Of a stretch of 38,785 nt of DNA, positions 35,655-38,785 are shown one piece after another. The position numbers and the translations under genes are program-made. How positions within the stretch are numbered: position 1 is the stretch's first letter; each line of letters begins with the position of its first letter. The notes beneath the pieces were generated by a model. That model was not told where the DNA came from. It saw only the letters and a program-made list of their open reading frames with translations, and ran no database searches. The DNA is taken from the IMG/VR virus record IMGVR_UViG_3300048574_000406, positions 1-38,785 of that record. The stretch is one strand, 5' to 3'. The stretch is from a virus. Lineage: Duplodnaviria > Caudoviricetes.

Positions 35655-36528
35655 GGCCCTCGAGCGCCCGCCCGTGGTCGTCGGCGAGACGCTCGAGCAC
35701 GTGCTCGCGGCCGCGGCGGGCCAGAGCGTCGCCGAGATCCGCGCAGGCCTCGCGCGCGAGCTCGAGCGGCAGCGCGACGTCGTCGCTGGCGCCCCGGAGG
35801 CCTGGCGGACCCTGCGCGAGCGCGTCGCCGTCGCGCGGCTCTCGCGGCTCCTCGCACCGCTCGCGATGCTCCCCGAGGACGTCGCAGCGTTCGCGCGCGG
35901 TGCGCTCGAGCGCACGAAGGCCGTCGAGCAGGTCGAGGCCTTCGTCGACGGGGGCGACCGTCGGTCGTTCCTGTTGCTCCTCGGCCCGGTCGGCACCGGC
36001 AAGACGCTCGCGGCAACCACGGGCGCGGCCGCATCGGTGCGGCGCGCGGTCGTGCGATGGCTCGAGGAGCTCGACGCGCGCGACGGCGCCGCGTGGGCCC
36101 GCGCGGTCGGCGAGCGCGCGATCTTCGCGGAGAGCTCGAGCGCGCTCGTCCTCGCTGCGGTGCGCGGTGCGCAGCCGCCGCGACCGCTCGGGCGACGCTT
36201 CGCGCTCTGGCGCGCGAGCGAGCTGCCGCGGCTCTGGGCACCGTGGAGTGACGAGCTGCAGGCGGGCGCGACGCCGGGTGCGCGCGACGTCGACGTGCTC
36301 GTGCTCGACGACCTCGGCGTCGAAGCGAGCTCGCCGCGCTTCGACGTCGCCCTCGGCGAGCTGCTCGAGCACCGCGCGAGCTCCGCACGAAAGACGATCA
36401 TCACCGCGAACCTCGCCCCGGGCGCGATCCGCTCGCGCTACGGCGACCGCATCGCGGACCGGTTGAACCACGTCGGCCGCGTCGAGCTCGTGCGCGGCGC
36501 GTCGCGACGCAGGAAGGGGGCGCTCTGA
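35647..36528 (+). CDS. DnaC/IstB-like AAA+ ATPase
   Basis: GPVGTGKT, LVLDDLGVE, TIITANL, YGDRIADRL, GASRR. Confidence 0.88.
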   Translation: MGEALERPPVVVGETLEHVLAAAAGQSVAEIRAGLARELERQRDVVAGAPEAWRTLRERVAVARLSRLLAPLAMLPEDVAAFARGALERTKAVEQVEAFVDGGDRRSFLLLLGPVGTGKTLAATTGAAASVRRAVVRWLEELDARDGAAWARAVGERAIFAESSSALVLAAVRGAQPPRPLGRRFALWRASELPRLWAPWSDELQAGATPGARDVDVLVLDDLGVEASSPRFDVALGELLEHRASSARKTIITANLAPGAIRSRYGDRIADRLNHVGRVELVRGASRRRKGAL

Positions 36529-37316
36529 TGGCCGACCTCGAGAAGCTCGCGCTCGCGCGTCACCCGCTCCCCGAGTGGGTCGCGCTCACCGAGTGGCGAC
36601 CGTCCACCGGCTACACCGGTCTCGATCGACGGCTCGACGTGGCCGCCTTCGCGACGTGGCCGTCGAGGAAGTACTACCGGATCGCGTACGAGATGAAGCG
36701 TTCGCGCGGCGACTTCCTGCGCGAGCTCGACCACCCCGACAAGCGAGCGTGGACAGAGGAGCACTTCCACGAGACGTGGTTCGTCGTCAGCGACCCGAAG
36801 ATCGCTCCCCTCGAGGAGCTGCCCGTCTCGTGGGGGCTTCTCGTCCCGACGAAGAAGGGCGACGGCCTCCGGCAGCTCCGACGAGCTGCACCCCGCGAGC
36901 CGAAGGACCTCTCCACGGCCGCGTGGACGAGCGCGATTCGTCGCATCGCGGAGCGCGCGGCCGCGCTCGAGCGGGGGACGATCGTCGACGGCGCCTCGTT
37001 GAGTCGAGATGAGCTCGAAGAGCTCGTCGCGACCCGCGTCCACGAGGCCGTGCAACCGATGACCGAGCTCCTCTTCAAGGAGCGCGAGCGGGCGCGGGAG
37101 GCGATCGGCGCGGCCGAGGGCAGCATGGGGCCGCTCCGCCACCTCGCGCGCGTTGCGCGAGACTTCGTCGATTGGACCGAGTCCGACGAGCGGACGGTCG
37201 ACCGTCTCATCGAGCGCGCGGTGACGCGACGCATCGAGAGCCTCACCAGCCTGATTCGCAACGCCCACGAGGAGCTCGGGGCGCTGCGGCGCGCGACGGA
37301 GGGCGAGCGTGGATGA
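36528..37316 (+). CDS. MmcB-like PD-(D/E)XK nuclease
   Basis: RRLDV...YEMKRSRGDFLREL..P.K...ELPVSWGL. Confidence 0.78.
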   Translation: MADLEKLALARHPLPEWVALTEWRPSTGYTGLDRRLDVAAFATWPSRKYYRIAYEMKRSRGDFLRELDHPDKRAWTEEHFHETWFVVSDPKIAPLEELPVSWGLLVPTKKGDGLRQLRRAAPREPKDLSTAAWTSAIRRIAERAAALERGTIVDGASLSRDELEELVATRVHEAVQPMTELLFKERERAREAIGAAEGSMGPLRHLARVARDFVDWTESDERTVDRLIERAVTRRIESLTSLIRNAHEELGALRRATEGERG

Positions 37317-37926
37317 CTTCGTGGACCTCCACGAAGCGGCTCGTCGGCTCGGCTTCACCTCGAGCGGGATCCGCACGCTCGTCCGGCGCGGCGAGCTCGT
37401 CCCGGATGGGCGCGGCCGCAAGTTGATCGCCCTCTTCCGACCGTCGACCCTGCAGGCCTTCGTCGAGGCCCGAGCCGCGCGCTACGCTCGCCCCCGTCAT
37501 GCACAGCGTGCCGAGCGAGAAGGAGAGTCCCTTGGCACGACAGAGAGGCAGGAAGACCGCGCAGCGCGGGGTCTTCGAGATCACCCCGCCCACGCGGGCG
37601 ACGTCGGCGACGCCGGCGACGCTGGGCACCTACCGGATCCGGGTCTACTTCGTGGACCCGAAGACCGGACAGAGCCGGGAGCGAGACCGGCTGATCACCG
37701 CGGCGTCGGCCCTCGACGCGGCGCGGATTCGAGCGGAGGAGAGCGCGCGAGCTGCCGAAGTCCGAGGCGCGGCCGAAAGGCCCACGCTGCGGACTTACGC
37801 GACCTCGTGGCTCACGCGGAAGCTGCTCTCCGTGCGACCCAGCACGGCGAAGCACTACGCGAGCACCCTCGAGGCGGCGATCCTGCCGACGCTCGGGGAC
37901 ACGTACGTCGACGCGCTCACGCGTGA
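37309..37926 (+). CDS. xis: Excisionase-like HTH protein with long tail overlapping int
   Basis: VDLHEAARRLGFTSSGIRTLVRRGEL...LFRPSTLQAF; frame stays open to 37926. Confidence 0.7.
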   Translation: MDDFVDLHEAARRLGFTSSGIRTLVRRGELVPDGRGRKLIALFRPSTLQAFVEARAARYARPRHAQRAEREGESLGTTERQEDRAARGLRDHPAHAGDVGDAGDAGHLPDPGLLRGPEDRTEPGARPADHRGVGPRRGADSSGGERASCRSPRRGRKAHAADLRDLVAHAEAALRATQHGEALREHPRGGDPADARGHVRRRAHA

Positions 37927-38785
37927 CGACGTCATCGCGTGGCTCACCACGCAGGCGGCGGGAGGGCACTCGCCCCACACCGTCAACGGTCGGCTCCGCG
38001 TCCTGCGGACCGTGCTGCGCGACGCGGTCGCCGAGCTCGAGCTCACCCGCGACCCGATCGCGCGCGTCGCGTCCCTGCCGACCACGCAGGACGACGAGGA
38101 CGAGGACGAGGACGACGAGCGCGGCAAGCACCTCGAAGCGTCCGAGCTCCGCGCGCTGCTCGAGGCGGCGGAGCGGGTCGTGCCGAAGTGGCACCCGCTC
38201 TTCCTCACCCTCGCCCTCACGGGCGGTCGGTGGGGCGAGATCTCCGCGCTCCGCTGGCGCGACCTCGACCTCGAGAAGGGCGAGCTACGGATCCGGCGGG
38301 CGCACGTGCGAGGCATCGTCGGGAGCCCGAAGACCGCCGCGTCGAGGCGGCGCGTCCCGATCCCCGAGGTCCTCGCCGAGACCCTGCGTCACCACCACCG
38401 CGAGCAGCTCGCGGGGCGGCGCACGCAGAGCGAGGCGGGCTGGGCGTTCCCGTCGACCACCGGCGGGCTCATGCAGCCGAGCTCGGCGCGGAAGCCGCTC
38501 GCGAAGGCGGCGAAGGAAGCGGGGCTCGACGTCCGCCCGTCGCCGCACTGGTTCCGCCACACCCTCAACCGGCTCCTCCGTCAGGTCGAGCCGGGCGTGG
38601 TGCAGCGGGCGATCACCGGGCACGTCACCGAGGCGATGTCCGAGCACTACGACCGCGTCTCGCTCGGCGAGAAGCGGGGTGCGGTCGGGCGCGTCCTCGA
38701 GCTCGTGCTCCGCTCGACGGGGACGGAACCGGGGACGGGAGAAAACCGGGGACAGAACCGGGGACCGCTCGACGGAACGAAGTAG
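37532..38785 (+). CDS. int: Tyrosine integrase (TTG 37532 with SD AAGGAG; alternative ATG 37499)
   Basis: Catalytic R (GGRWGE), K (PKT), HxxR (HWFR), H (TGH), Y (EHYD). Confidence 0.95.
   Translation: MARQRGRKTAQRGVFEITPPTRATSATPATLGTYRIRVYFVDPKTGQSRERDRLITAASALDAARIRAEESARAAEVRGAAERPTLRTYATSWLTRKLLSVRPSTAKHYASTLEAAILPTLGDTYVDALTRDDVIAWLTTQAAGGHSPHTVNGRLRVLRTVLRDAVAELELTRDPIARVASLPTTQDDEDEDEDDERGKHLEASELRALLEAAERVVPKWHPLFLTLALTGGRWGEISALRWRDLDLEKGELRIRRAHVRGIVGSPKTAASRRRVPIPEVLAETLRHHHREQLAGRRTQSEAGWAFPSTTGGLMQPSSARKPLAKAAKEAGLDVRPSPHWFRHTLNRLLRQVEPGVVQRAITGHVTEAMSEHYDRVSLGEKRGAVGRVLELVLRSTGTEPGTGENRGQNRGPLDGTK
38710..38775 (+). repeat. Putative integrase arm-type sites within int 3' end
   Basis: CGGGGAC at 38718, 38730, 38747, 38759; flanked by CCGCTCGACGG at 38710 and 38765. 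Confidence 0.7.

Larger units (their letters stand above)
1..38785. mobile_element. Temperate prophage: Mu-like head and contractile tail, lambdoid-type immunity/replication region, tyrosine integrase. Probably truncated at the left; att sites not resolved
   Basis: Ordered terminase-portal-protease-capsid-sheath-tube-TMP-baseplate module, divergent cro/cI pair, xis-int at the right end, dense ATGA/GTGA gene overlaps. Confidence 0.97.

Noticed and set aside
35647-36528. IS21 element (IstB)
   Set aside because: No IstA or terminal inverted repeats; the gene is coupled within the phage operon

Overview
The window is most of a temperate, contractile-tailed (myovirus-type) prophage with very high GC. 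A Myxococcota-like host is a guess from composition and the Mx8-like int/xis layout. It runs from a probable lysis gene at the left edge to a tyrosine integrase whose stop codon is the right edge. Minus-strand arm, read right to left: cro, CII-like, sigma-70 region-4 HTH protein, replication initiator with internal iterons, RuvC-like resolvase, ParB-domain protein, Dam-like methylase, collagen-fibre pair, terS, terL, small HTH, Mu-like head genes (portal, S49 protease/scaffold, decoration, gpT-like capsid), neck, sheath, tube, G/GT chaperone, tape measure, baseplate, distal tail genes and a holin-like gene. The centre is an immunity region: short XRE repressor, ImmA/IrrE protease and a lipoprotein. 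The plus-strand arm carries hypothetical early genes, an ASCH-like protein, DnaC-like ATPase, MmcB-like nuclease, xis and int. The strongest unexplained signal is a 64-bp element present twice, 16,143 bp apart. It contains a dyad and sits in identical register before the GTG starts of the portal gene and the lysis-side operon. Its half-site is also clustered in terS, and terL is flanked by two similar XRE-HTH genes, suggesting a late-gene switch tied to packaging. All product calls come from motifs and gene order read by eye; no database search was run.
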